A DNA stretch of 64,000 nucleotides, taken from Octopus vulgaris. Lineage: Eukaryota. The stretch is from NCBI GenBank assembly GCA_951406725.2, contig OX597826.1:15624001-15688000 (forward strand), in the 5' to 3' direction. How positions within the stretch are numbered: position 1 is the first letter of the stretch; each line of letters opens with the position of its first letter. Of this stretch, positions 1 through 12,232 are shown piece after piece. Made by a program: the position numbers and the translations under genes. Under the pieces are notes generated by a model. The model saw only the letters and a list, made by a program, of their open reading frames with translations. It did no database searches and was not told the origin of the DNA.

Positions 1-438
1 TAAATTTTGCAACGTATTTGAAGAGTGAAGGCAGCATTTAAATACAGCACACAGACATCTATCTGCATTGACTATTCAACAACTGTCTATATTATTTGAG
101 AACTGCTTATAATGGTCCAGTGAAAACTGTGCATACACATATCACATCTGACAGGAAAATCTCTTACAGATGATTCAACACAGAAAAGTGTGGAAGCTAA
201 CTGCAGCTAAGCTAACGTGTAGAGAAAACATATATGTTATGGTACTTTTCTACTTACATACACAATATATCCTGCACATGCAACAGCTTACGTCCATTTA
301 TTCTGTTGTTTCATATCTGTATTGCCACGAGAAATCGAGTCATCATTCCAGACTAGTACAGCTCAGTAAAATAGATGCTACATACATCTGCAATTGCAAA
401 AGTCTGGCTATAAAAAGGATATTTGCAAATGTATATAA

Positions 439-486
<48 letters not shown>

Positions 487-1223
487 GCGTGTGTGTGCGT
501 GTATAAATATGCACACACCCACACACACATTGCCTTTTCTCACTCTTCTCAATAAAGTTTACAACCATTCGTTTTTTGTTGTTATATTGAAAATTTAGAA
601 GTTTTTCCGTTATCAAGAGATTTATGTGTTAACATTTGTCAGACACTCTCCTATATGTTACTCTTCTATGCTGAGAAATATGGGCCGCTTATGATATTGT
701 AATAAATATATTGCATCTTTCAATAACGTTTTTATTTTTTATTTTTGTACAATTCATGATTCATTCATACTACATATATAAAACTTCCATCAATTTCACT
801 GTGCGGTATGTGTGTATAACCTCTATCTAGTGGGTACTTGAAGGAAAACAAGCGTTAACAAGGTACGTAACATATACACAGAGAAACACAGACACACATA
901 TATAATATATATACATATAAATGTGTGTGTGTCTGTGTTAGACATTACGCACATATCTCTAATAAGGAAAGTGCTGGAAGTTATATATATATATATGAAA
1001 GAGAGTGAGGTAGCGAGTAAGTGAGAATATGAGGGGTTTCGTTCACTGGTGATCTAAATGAATAGGTACGATGTGTAAGTGCTAAAATTGGTCATCCGTT
1101 AGCTTCTAAATTCACAGCTGAGGCTGGAGCTAGGGATTCGGTGTAGGCTTCTGACATAGCAAGTATATATTAGAGGGAAAAGGACAACAAAAATCAAAGA
1201 CCATGTATATATATATATATATG

Positions 1224-2160
1224 CCATTAAACGCCTTCTATCGGGCCCTTACTCTCCGTGAGATCTCGTTTTCGATATCTCGGCACATATTCACTTCCTG
1301 TCCCAGGTAGACATATTCCTTTACCTCTATTTCATCTCTTTCATCACTATTTCATCACTGCCGATCACCATTCGACCTGTTGGTACGTTGTCTGACCGCA
1401 TGAACTTCGTTTCCGTGCGATTCATCTGGAGACCTACTACAGAGCTTTTGATGTCGAGTTCCATCAGCATGGTCTGAGACTAATCCGTGGTTTCAGCGAT
1501 GAGTACGATGTCGTCAGCGAAACGGAGGTGAGTGAAGAGCTTGCTATTGATGTTGACACCGCCTTGCCAGTCGATGCCTCTGATGATCTGCTAGAGACAT
1601 GCGGTGAAACGTTTTGGGGAGATTGTATCTCCGTGCTTCACTCCCTTCTCGACCGGCACTCGTATGGGTGATGACAGTAGAGCTATGTCGGTGGCGCATC
1701 CGGAATTTGCCTCCCTGAGCAGTTGCACATATTGCCCTCGACCCCTTGCCTGTGCAGCGAGTTCAGCACTGCGTTGGTTTCGACGCTATCGAAGGCCTTC
1801 TCATAGTCTACAAACGCAACGCAAAGTGGCAGATTGTACTCATTCGCAGTTGTGTTTGATTAAATATATGGTCCATCGTGCTGTAGTTCTTCCGGAAGCC
1901 GGCTTGTTCTCTCGGTTGTTGTTCGTCGAGATGACATGATAACCTGTTCAGAATTATCTTTGTGAACAGCTTGTACACATGAGACAGCAGGCATATGGGT
2001 CGGTATATTTTTAGATCTTCTCTATCATTTTCTTATATAGCAGGATGGTATTTGACTCTTTCCACTGCGAGGGAATTCTTCCCTCGTCTAGACAGTGCGT
2101 AATTCGCTCAGCGAGGATTTTCCAGAGCTGCTCTCTGCCTGACTGTAACACCTCCGATGT
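1224..2160 (-). mobile_element. RTE-clade LINE fragment, reverse transcriptase region, degenerate
   Basis: Minus-strand translation gives THLRFADDIV (about 1505-1535) and KEYVYLGQEVNMCRDIENEISRRVRA; stops and frameshifts present. Confidence 0.9.
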
Positions 2161-2458
2161 TATACTGAATGGAGGAGTGAGTGGAGTTTACATTCTTTGG
2201 TGTGAATGAGAAATTGATAAAAGTGATTATTTAAATGAATTATGTAGCGTAAAGCAGTGTTAACACGGGAGGGTGACTGAGAGGAAAAGAAGAGGGAAAA
2301 AACCAGAGGGAGAAGGCGGTCGATGGTGTGTAATTTGGCGAAATTAGAATGAACAAACGCGGTAGGATGTAGTACGGAGTATGGGTAGGATGGTTGTAGC
2401 AGAGTGGAGAATGGGGTGGAAATGGAGGCGGAAATCTTTAGGGATGAGGCGGTGATGA

Positions 2459-2500
<42 letters not shown>

Positions 2501-2749
2501 CTTTATTAAATGATATATATTTCTTTATCAAAAGAACGTGACGAATGTATAGCAATGGAAGTTATGGTAGAAGTGTCGAAACTGAAATTCAACGTTGTTT
2601 AACTTATTCATTTAAAATATTTGACATCACAAACTTTATAACTTTATAAGTTAAATAATTCCTAGGGAAAGGATTTTGAGTGTCTCTGACGCTTATACAA
2701 AATGAATACATGTAACTAAATTGTGTTGATTTTTGGTTTATCAAGGTTT

Positions 2750-4300
2750 AGTCAGTGAATGTCTGTTTACAAGTTTTAGAAATGCCATAACGTTAAGACT
2801 TTCTAACATTTATTTTGAAATGCTAAACAAAAGCAACTTCTAAACTTTGAAAGGTATTTGAAAAGATCGTATCCGAAATTGATATTTTAGCAACTTGCCA
2901 TAGAATCGTAAACATAGCATTTATGTTTGGGTCTGATATAATTTTTAAAATTATGCGACATAGCGTCATTTTTCCCAGATGGAAAAAAGCAATCAAACTA
3001 TTCATTGAACATCCTAAATTCTAAAGTTTCTAAACACACAGCGGTAAAGCAACTATATCCTTCTTGATATTGCCTCGCCTTCTTGCTATACACATTATAT
3101 GGAATTTGCTTTGTAATAACTTCTATAAACTGTTTTCTTCTGCACTGCACTTGATATGTATAGAAATTCCAGCAGAGTGGTTTTCTTGCCTCTAGTATTA
3201 CTAAAGTATTTAATAAATCTGTTATAAGAAAATGTTTTCCTTTTCATTTAAGTCTTTATTTGCATTTTATTTCTTCAGTTATTTCGCTCCGACTATCAAC
3301 TCTAATACAGATCTGAATATTCTTTCAGTACTCCGTTTTTTTTTTATTTTTGGTGCACAGATGCTATCTAGACGCAGAGTAGATAGCCAACACCCGAATC
3401 TCATTGTCTCAATGAGCATATATCTAGAAGGCATCCATAGATAGAAAGAATGTGATCATCTTAAGCGACACAAAAAAAATATTCAATGCATATATCAAAA
3501 GAAATATAGCATACCTTCCCTATGATTGACCCTCTCACGATTTCAGTATCTTTAACGTCAGTATCATATAACATGGATAAACATGCAACCTAAAGATGTA
3601 CAAGGAACCGCTTCCACACTAGTCAGCTATAGACCTCACGTAAACTGCATTGACTCATTTATTGAAGCCACCTCTGTGAAACACACTTATATTGTCCATT
3701 TGATATTAAAACGGCCTCCGCTTATCTGAACTTGCCGTGACATATCTTTCCATCGAGACGCCAATTCATCTTCACTGTATTCCTCTTTCTCACATTAATT
3801 TTTTTGTGAAGTTTCCTATGAAAATATCGACGTTTATATGTTTAAATGAGCACCAATCACATAATTCTGTCTATACTCAATGACAAGATATTTTCATAGG
3901 CCTATGCAAGCGTTTGAGTTATACGATTAATTGAGGATTTCACATATCCTCCCACTAGTTTAGAACTGATAGTATGCTATTGCCAACCTTATTTTCTCAT
4001 AATAAATACATCGCTCCTTTTTTAATTGGTACAGATTTAAACTTAGAGTAAGTATTTTGATACATGAATATGTACAATAAATTGATTCCTGCAGAATATG
4101 TTACAGTTTCGAGAAAGTTCATGCACTTTTCATTTCATAAGATTTCAAAATAGGATACATGTCTAATATTAGCCAACTCTTTTAGAATACATTTGTAAAC
4201 GTATGTATGACTTACCAGACTTTTGATAAAATTGAATAGATTCGAGTGATATTCATATTTTTCTGAAGACTAAGGATGAATGGAAAGAAAATGTAAATAT
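2750..4300 (-). mobile_element. Highly decayed hAT transposase relic (ZNF862-like)
   Basis: Colinear minus-strand remnants: GAMYLL*ENKVG (DGA motif region), ENPQLI..ITQTLA*A (HCxAHRLALA), QYKCVSQRWL (RW motif), NAMFTILWQVAKISI (dimerisation region). Ends uncertain. Confidence 0.55.
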
Positions 4301-4729
4301 AACTTCCTTATTTTGATATTAATGTAGATTCAGATGCAAATGTTTTGAATTCAGATCATGTGTTCATATCCTACTCTAAATTCTCACAGTAAAAACGAAG
4401 ATACCGGTATTAAATGAAATGTTTTCAGAACAATACTTAGGAAAAAAATAAGAAAGATTAATATTGTTAGTGTAGAGTATGTTTTGTAGGTCATCGATAA
4501 TGGAAAAGCAGAAACCGAGTCGAAGATTCGATTTAATGCATTCTTTGAAAGAGAGAAATATTACATATTGTGCCTATGTGCGAAAATACGCCTATATTAC
4601 TCGGACGTTGAATATGTAACAACATTGCTCTGGGTTTGATTACACTGCACACAGACTTGTGGTACGTGCCTTTTTTTTATGCTTCGGGTTTCGCCGAGAT
4701 CTCGTGTAAGTGTAAAGGTAAATTGGCAA

Positions 4730-4900
4730 TTAAAAGTAAGAAAGCAAAGGTCAAAAGAACGTACATATGAAATGTATTCGCTCAGCTCTCAGTATAAGGC
4801 GGAAGAGAAAGAGTGGTTGTCGAAACGTTTCGAGCCCGGCTCTTTATCATGAATAGGATGAAGGAAAGATCGGGAGAAAGAAAAACGTTTAAGAAAAACA
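4730..4900 (-). mobile_element. Short non-coding repeat with degenerate HHR-like motif (GAGC-loop-GCTC-GAAACGT family)
   Basis: Minus strand reads ATGATAAA-GAGC-CGG-GCTC-GAAACGTT at about 4823-4850; same architecture at 17455-17490 and 22653-22690. Confidence 0.5.
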
Positions 4901-5036
4901 AATGTGATTACATGGCTGCAGCCATATGTATATATGTATGTAGCTATGTATCTATGTATCTATCTGTCTATGTACATATCTACCTGTTTATCGGTGTGTG
5001 TAAGCGCGCGAGCGTGTGCATGCACGCAGGCCTATA

Positions 5037-5112
5037 TGCCACGCAGTGAGACTGAACCCGGAACCTTGTGGTTCGTAAGCAAGCTACTTACTACACAGCC
5101 ACTCCTATGCCT
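5037..5112 (-). mobile_element. SINE family A, tRNA-like head only
   Basis: Reverse complement matches the 5' end of the full copy at 21863-22265. Confidence 0.85.
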
Positions 5113-7631
5113 ATAAAAATGATAAACAATCTTAATCAATTGTTGAACCTGATTGGATTCTCATCAGAGGCATCCACATCATTCTGAAAACACAGCCTTT
5201 AACTGACTGACAATTAGGTATATACTCACAGAACCAACTGTTCCAATTATTATTAGTATAAATGTAAATTCCTAATCCGGATTTAAAAGCTGGAGTTGTC
5301 AATAGTTAGCTTCTTTCTCTTTGATTTTTAAAGAGATATTCAAGTCAGCAGGACAGTTGCCAAAACAACAATATCTGGCCTGTTATGTTTACACTACACA
5401 AGTGATTTGAGGGCAATGTTCCACTACTATTACGTGTGCTGATATTTGTATGCGTATTCAATAACAGGGGGAATGCTGTTATCTATTCCAGGAAAGTGTT
5501 TTTTTTCCCGGAGAACATCATGCCGCATAGGGGTGTAGTACCTTCATGACACATGCTTCTAATCACATGTGATGTCTTCCACAAAAATATGGCACATGTG
5601 TGTATGTATGTATGCATGTGTGTATGTGCGCGTTTGTGTGTGTGTGTGTGCGTGTGTATGTGTATGTATATGAGTGTGCATCTGCGCGCTCGTGGGCGTG
5701 CGTCTACATGTATTTCTTGAAAATAACACTTTCTGAAGAATATAGAAAACTATTGTTACTCTAGCGTTTGTCACATCTGAAGCTCTTACAATACAATGCG
5801 ATTTCTGTAATATCATTGCAGTGATTCATTTACCAAATTCTTTGCACATTTTTGTTTTTGATACAGTATATAGAAGAACGAGATAGTATGTAGCAATGAT
5901 ACTATCATATTTATCTTAATGCGATGGTCTTCGAACAATTACCAGAATGCATATTATTATATACTACGCTAAACATGATACAGTTTTCTGTTTGTTTACA
6001 CATCCCGCAACACCTGCTGCCACAGCATTAGAAGGAAGTGTATACTTTGTTCCGAAGATGTAGAAATTTGCGCGCATGGTAAATGGTAGCAATTTCGTTT
6101 TCTTAACTGTGCTGAATAGATATATCATTCATACGTCAATGATAAACTAGGAAATTAAAAATTGATTCACGAATTTCCGCAATGTTCGCGTGTTGTGTGC
6201 GTATGTGCGTGTGTATCTATGTGTGTGTATGTGTGCTTGTGGGCTTTTGTATATATATATATATATATATCTGTTTTTGTGTTTTGAAGTCGCAAAGTCG
6301 CAAACTATAGCATAAACGTAATTACAAAAACACAAATTTCATAACTTGCAAAATTAACACAGCAATGTCATTCGGCAAACTGCCTCATAAAGGTGCTGCC
6401 ATCCGATGGTCCTCTACATAATTATTAGTCCGGGGACTAGATGTTCTGAGATTTTTATCATCCATCAGACTTACTATGACCCTTAGTGAGACATTGTTCT
6501 CAACCTGGAAGAGAATTATGATAAAAATAAAAAAAAGAAACGAAAAAAGGGCAAGAAAAGGATTTCCGGCCGCATTGCAAGTAAGGGAATCTAACTTATT
6601 GGTCAAGTCTCAGTAACCAGCATCCTACTGTCTGTCTTCACAAACATATTGTCATTTCAATTTGTAGCTTCACCTGCAACAAAGGTGTGATAGGGAAATT
6701 GCTAGTTGCTTATCATCTCCACGTAGACTCCCTACGAAAGCAGTCACATCTATTCTCGTCACTCATATCCGTAATTCAACTTTCCGATCTGCAATATTAA
6801 CTACAAACAAATCTGTCTGTTAGAAAATACCTACCAATTGGAATTAGCTTTCAGTTCATGTTTTTCTGCAGACATTAATTTGCAGACGTTCAAACAGGAC
6901 ACCATTTCACTAGTCTCAGAAGTCTTGGAAAAGGCAAGGGAAGTGCCCGTTCCGCCTCGCTAAGCTATAAACAATTTTGATCAATTGTTGTTGTTGTCTC
7001 ACTTCACTCGCATCATTAAACATTTCGATGCTTATCACCATCACATTGTGGGAAAGTAAGAACCTAATATATCGAGCCACAGCGGTATATAAAACTAACT
7101 AGAAGATTTAAGCGGGATGATGAGCTCAAGTTGAACGTATCTTTAGATAATATAATCCTGCTGAACATAGCAAAAATAACTTCAGATTTTGTTAACTTCA
7201 CACAAGATATACTAACTTATAATAGGATAAATCACGTCTCTGTTTAACTGGGATAAATATTAACTCACAGAAACTGTTCTTCCCAAAAATTGCTACTGAT
7301 AGAGAAATTGTCTGTCCACTTCCTTTATTTTCCGATTAGCAGAAAGGGTTCTAGAGGTGAAATCATGATAAATCAAATCAAACGTGGATAGAAAACAAAT
7401 ATTTTACGTGCAAAGAAAAGGGAAATTAAACACGCTTTCATGAACAACCATTTTTCACCCTTTTTTTTTTCTTTATGTCTATCTTTTTCTCTTTCTCACT
7501 TTTCTTTTCATTATTCCCTCCGGTGAAATTTTTTCACCATTCTACTATTTAATTCTTAACTTTTCGTTCTATTTTTTTCTCATTTGCTATGATTTTAACA
7601 TTCTTTTATTATGTTCTCACCGTGTTGCTAT

Positions 7632-7827
7632 GTATACATATACATACATACATACATACATACATACATACATTCATACATACATACATACATACACACA
7701 CACACATATATATATATGTATATATATATATAAACGTATATACATACATATCTATCTATCTACATATATATGTGTCTATATATGTATATATATATATATA
7801 TGCGCGTGTGTTTGTGTGTGTTGTGTG

Positions 7828-7879
<52 letters not shown>

Positions 7880-7890
7880 TATAAAGATAA

Positions 7891-7925
<35 letters not shown>

Positions 7926-7930
7926 AATAT

Positions 7931-7969
<39 letters not shown>

Positions 7970-7997
7970 CATGGATGGATAGACAGACATATATATG
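7632..7997. repeat. Compound microsatellite (TACA)n/(TA)n/(GA)n/(TAGA)n
   Basis: Directly visible. Confidence 0.95.
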
Positions 7998-8296
7998 TTT
8001 ATTGAATAAAGATAAACAAGATTCAAATGTTTAGATTTGCATTACTCTGCTCCTGTCATCTTCATTGTTACGAAAAGAGTCTAAAAATTATTCTTAGATC
8101 CTTTAAAAATTTATATAATTTCTACTTTATTTGTGTGTTTAGGCGTCGCAAAAAATACTTCGATTCCTGATATAGAAATATTTTCCTCTTCCTCATATTG
8201 TAAACAATGGCCAAATCATAGAATGTTTTATTAAACATGATTTCTATTAGTTAAACTTTTATTATATTCTACCCAGTAACATTTTCTGATTATTTT

Positions 8297-8480
8297 AAGG
8301 CGGTGAGCTGAGAGAATCATCGTTAGCACAGCGGGCAAAATCTTTAATTCGAAGTTCAGATTCCACCGAAGTTGCCATTTGAGGTCGATAAAATAAGTAC
8401 CAGCTTATCATTAAGGTAGATGTGCTGCACTTACCAACTCCCACCGAAGATGATGGACTTGTGCCAAAATGTGATGTCAG
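8297..8480 (+). mobile_element. SINE family B, degenerate
   Basis: AAGGCGGTGAGCTG..GAATC..CGTTAGCAC head, GTTCAGATTCC B-box and GGTCGATAAAATAAGTACC body, shared with the other copies. Confidence 0.8.
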
Positions 8481-8913
8481 TATCTGTGACTGTTTGCTTT
8501 CTATTCTTAATCATTTCAACTCAGCACTAACAGATTATGATGATACGTTGCCTTTCCGTGTTATCTAAATTTTAATCTTAAGAAATACTTCACAAAATTT
8601 TATTTTCATACAAAGTGATAAATATTTGTTTGAGTATATTAGATTTAAGAAATCATTGTTCTAATGTAATGCTTCCCAAACTTTTACACAATGGTTGACT
8701 TTTATGTAAATGACTTTTCCCCACAGACCACGTTTAATATGCTTATCCTTATATATATATACCAATTAAGGACTGAACAGGAAAAGTGGACAGTCAACAT
8801 GCTAGATATAGACGTCAAATCGCCATTCTCCACAAAATATTATGTTCTCAAATCAAACTCAGCACAAAACCAAAGCAATAAACAAGTGAAAATATACGAA
8901 ATAAAATAATTAC

Positions 8914-8977
8914 CCATGTACTGATCAGTTTCGGCTATTATTATCCGCAAGGATAACTGTAGCATTCATCAGCATGG
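8914..8977 (-). ncRNA. Type I hammerhead ribozyme fold, near canonical
   Basis: Minus: CCAUG-CUGAUGA-A-uGCUA-cag-UUAUCC-uugc-GGAUAA-uaa-UAGCc-GAAAC-UGAUCA-GUA/CAUGG. Stem I 5 bp, bipartite stem II with a first-pair mismatch, palindromic stem III ACUGAUCAGU. Lies in a ~250-bp segment between TA runs (8762-9008). Confidence 0.75.
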
Positions 8978-9065
8978 CCTGTTATAAATGCAATTTGCTG
9001 GACTAGATGTATATATATATACATTATTTACATATGACGGATATTTGTCCTCATCTTGTTTGTTG

Positions 9066-9115
9066 TTAACACTACGTTTCGGTTGATATACTCTCCACCC
9101 TTCATCAGGATTCCT
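9066..9115 (-). ncRNA. Minimal PLE-type hammerhead motif, stem I eroded
   Basis: Minus: CUGAUGA-AG-GGUGG-agaguaua-UCAACC-GAAAC-GUA/GUGUU, in the PLE 3' UTR. Confidence 0.6.
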
Positions 9116-9166
9116 GGGGAAATTTCGAACATGGGTTCTCATTCCAAAGGTATTTTTCGATGCTGC

Positions 9167-9183
9167 CGTTGTTGTTGTTGTTG

Positions 9184-9236
<53 letters not shown>

Positions 9237-9239
9237 GTT
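9167..9239. repeat. (GTT)n(ATT)n microsatellite
   Basis: Directly visible. Confidence 0.95.
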
Positions 9240-9241
9240 CA

Positions 9242-9314
9242 GGTCACTGCCTGAGATCTAACTCGGAATTTTGAGGTTATTAGCAAGCGCACTTAACCAC
9301 TACGCCATATGGCC
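9242..9314 (-). pseudogene. tRNA-like module (anticodon loop CT-AAT-AA, Ile-like) inside the PLE 3' UTR
   Basis: 73 nt with A-box TGGCGTAGTGG, T-arm CCGAG-TTAGATC-TCAGG and imperfect acceptor pairing; stems mismatched, so not a functional tRNA. Confidence 0.65.
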
Positions 9315-10264
9315 GTGGGCAATTATGGAGTGAATTTTAGGGCCTATAAATCTTATTTTTTCCTATCCTTCCATAACACTGGTCCCCATATGCTACTCAT
9401 ATCTGCACTCAGTCTGCTTAGGAGATTGCTGTGTCCAAGATTATGTGCTGCTTCTTTTAGTTTTCGTATTTTCCAGTGGTGTTCTCTGTCTATTATTTTA
9501 ACTTCATCCATCAGGGGGGAGGTGGTCTTCATTTTCCCATATATGATCAGCTATACCCGATTTATCAGTGTCACAGTTTTACGATGTTCGTCTACCCTTA
9601 TTTTGAAAGGGCGGCATGTTTAGCCTCTGTAAAACCTACCCCATATGCATGGGATGGAGTACAATCAGTCTTTTATCACATTCTCTTCTATTGGTGGTTT
9701 TACTAGAAGGAGATATTTACAAAGTATTGTATTGCTCTGGAATACTGTCCTGATGTCATATGGGCCGCATATCCTTTGTATATTTTCGGAGAAGCCTTTC
9801 ACATAGGTTAGGCAGATTATGGACAGTTTATTGGTTTCATCCTTTCTTTTCTTCATAACTGGAGTGGATAGTATACTTTTGGGGTAGTTGTTGCTTAATA
9901 GATTGTTATTGAGCTTGATCATTTCTTCGTGGTATCACGATCGCTGCCTAAAAAAGATTGAGCAAAGAATATAAGAAGCGCGCACAAGCACACACACGCA
10001 CATCTACACATACACACACACACACACACATACACACATACACACACTCACTCACACACGCACACACACAGTTACATGTTCTTTGCACGCGTACTCGCCA
10101 AAATATGAGAATAGGCTCACTTGTTATTTTACACAAGAACTGGTAGAGACTTTATTAACACTCACAGAGATCGGGCTCAAAGGAATGCATTAACAGTATT
10201 TCTACCATTCTAACAAAAGTGTTAATCATGGAAACAAGTTTCCTGGCTATATGATGCGAGTCGT

Positions 10265-10482
10265 AAGGGCAGCGAGCTGACAGAATCATTATGTCGACGG
10301 GCAAAATCTTTGCGGCGTTTCGTCCATCATTACTTTCTTAGTTCAATTCCACCGAGGCCAATTTTACCTTTTATCCTTTCCTGGTTAACAAAATAAGGAC
10401 AATGTGAGCACTGGGGTTCATGTAATCGACTTCGCCCCTCCTCCGATCTAGCTGGCCTCGTGCCAAAATTTGAAATCAATAT
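10265..10482 (+). mobile_element. SINE family B
   Basis: AAGGGCAGCGAGCTGACAGAATC head; CTGGGGTTCATGTAATCGACTT and GTGCCAAAATTTGAAATCAAT tail. Confidence 0.85.
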
Positions 10483-10494
10483 GATGCGTGCCGT

Positions 10495-10693
10495 TAAGGA
10501 GGCGAACTGGCAGAATCGTTAGCACTACTTAGCAGAATTTCGTCCGTTTTACGTTCAAAGTTCACATCCTGCCGAAGTCGACTTTGCGTTACATCCATTT
10601 TACTGACGATAAAATAAGTACTAATGTCGAGGTAATCGATATACCCCGCTCCACCAAGATTGCCAACCTTTTGCAAAACACTTTAAAACAATA
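10495..10693 (+). mobile_element. SINE family B, head-to-tail after the previous copy
   Basis: AAGGAGGCGAACTGGCAGAATCGTTAGCAC head; GTCGACTTTGC..GATAAAATAAGTAC body. Confidence 0.8.
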
Positions 10694-10802
10694 TGATGTG
10701 TACAGTTTCCATCCTAATTACACTTCAAAGTTCATTTGATGTTTTAAGTTTATTTCGTTGCTATGAAAACGGACATCTAGAAAGGCACATAAGTAAAGAC
10801 TA

Positions 10803-11202
10803 ATCTTTTCTACTCAAAGCAAAGGCCCGAATTTTTGGGGAAGGGGCCAGTCGAATAGATCGATCCCAGCATGCAACTGGTACTGAATTTATCGAACCCG
10901 AAAGGATGAAAGCCAAAGTTGACCTCGGCGGAATTTGAAATCAGAACATTAAAGACAGACAAAATACCTATTTCTTTACTACTCACAAGGATATAAACAC
11001 AGAGAGGACAAACAAGGACAGACAAACGGATTAAGTCGATTATATCGACCCCAGTGCGTAAGTGGTACTTAATTTATCCACCCCAAAAGGATGAAAGGCA
11101 AAGTCAACCTCGGCGGAATTTGAACTCAGAACGTAACTGCAGATGAAATACGGCTACGCATTTCGCCCGGCGTGCTATCGTTTCTGCCAACTCGCAGCCT
11201 TA
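10803..11202 (-). mobile_element. SINE family B, dimeric variant with duplicated body
   Basis: The block AAAGGATGAAAG..AAAGT..ACCTCGGCGGAATTTGAA occurs twice (about 10900-10940 and 11085-11125); single head at about 11160-11202. Confidence 0.9.
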
Positions 11203-11628
11203 TAAGAAGGCCAGATTAATTACCTTCAGCAATCATTAAAATTTATGGCGCGCATTCGTTCATCTATATAAAGTCGTGTATTTATGAGAGATTTTACTGT
11301 AAAGCATAATTTTATCGAGTCCTAACAGCTGCCTTTAAGCAACGCCTGTACAATCATAGGCCCACTGTTAGGATTCTAGAAAGATGTTACGTCACGTCCC
11401 TAGCTAGCCACGTGTAGCAGTTTGCTGATGAAGGAACTCCATACGAAATTAGATGGTGGGTCATAGATTATTCAGGGTCCTGTATAAGCTGGGGCGAACG
11501 ATGCAAACTTTGCATAGGAGAGCGGGCAAGGATCCTTTTTAATTATACACTGAGACACACACACACGCGCGCGTGCACATACACACACACGCATACACAC
11601 ACACACATACACACACACACACATACAA

Positions 11629-11718
<90 letters not shown>

Positions 11719-11748
11719 GAAAGTTGGTTTGTGAAAGCACGTCGTTGA

Positions 11749-12027
11749 ATATATAGAAAATAGTAAAAACTGAAAAACTACAGAAGGCTTAAAGGTTAAA
11801 AAATATATATATTTTCGTCAATATGTCTGAAGAATATTAAAAATTTTTTATAACGTCGTAAGAAATTTGAAAAGCTAAACGCGAAACCGGTCTTTCTTCT
11901 AAACTATATCATTGTAAGGAGAAAAAAAAAGAAAAAAAGAATTTTTAACATTCTTCAGACATATTGACGCAAATATATATATTCTTTAACCTTTAAGCCT
12001 TCTGTAGTTTTTTCAGTTTTTACTATT

Positions 12028-12038
<11 letters not shown>
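11749..12038. repeat. ~97-bp inverted repeat with ~95-bp spacer containing an HHR-like motif
   Basis: 11749-11845 is the reverse complement of 11940-12038 with about 4 differences; spacer has AAGAAA-T-TTGAAAA-GC-TAAAC-GC-GAAACCGGTC-TTTCTT. Confidence 0.9.
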
Positions 12039-12077
<39 letters not shown>

Positions 12078-12174
12078 TATATATATATATTTATAAAATT
12101 AGATTAAAAAAATATATTTTAACAATTCAAAATGAACAATTAAATTACAAATAATATTCCCTCAACTAATTATT

Positions 12175-12224
<50 letters not shown>

Positions 12225-12232
<8 letters not shown>

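Larger units (their letters stand above)
9022..9945 (-). mobile_element. Penelope-like element 3' portion: RT linker, GIY-YIG endonuclease and 3' UTR
   Basis: LSNNYPKSIL..ICLTYVKGFSENIQRICGPYDIRTVFQSN, then LYSIPCIWGRFYRG*TCRPFKIRVDEHRK and KSGIADHIWENEDH..VKIIDREHHWKIRKLKEAAH; stop at 9353-9355. Confidence 0.9.

Noticed and set aside
250-415. Minus-strand acceptor and GTAAGT donor pair suggesting an exon
   Set aside because: All three frames contain stops and no homology is recognisable; a UTR exon cannot be excluded.
4212-4290. Apparent 54-nt minus-strand exon
   Set aside because: Lies within the hAT relic and has no supporting neighbouring exons.
5131-5175. Minus-strand CUGAUGA with 5-bp stem II and CAAUUG palindrome
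   Set aside because: GAAA is incomplete and stem I is absent; possibly a decayed HHR but not callable.
11421-11455. CTGATGA..GAAA motif
   Set aside because: Stem II is out of register and there is no stem I or III.
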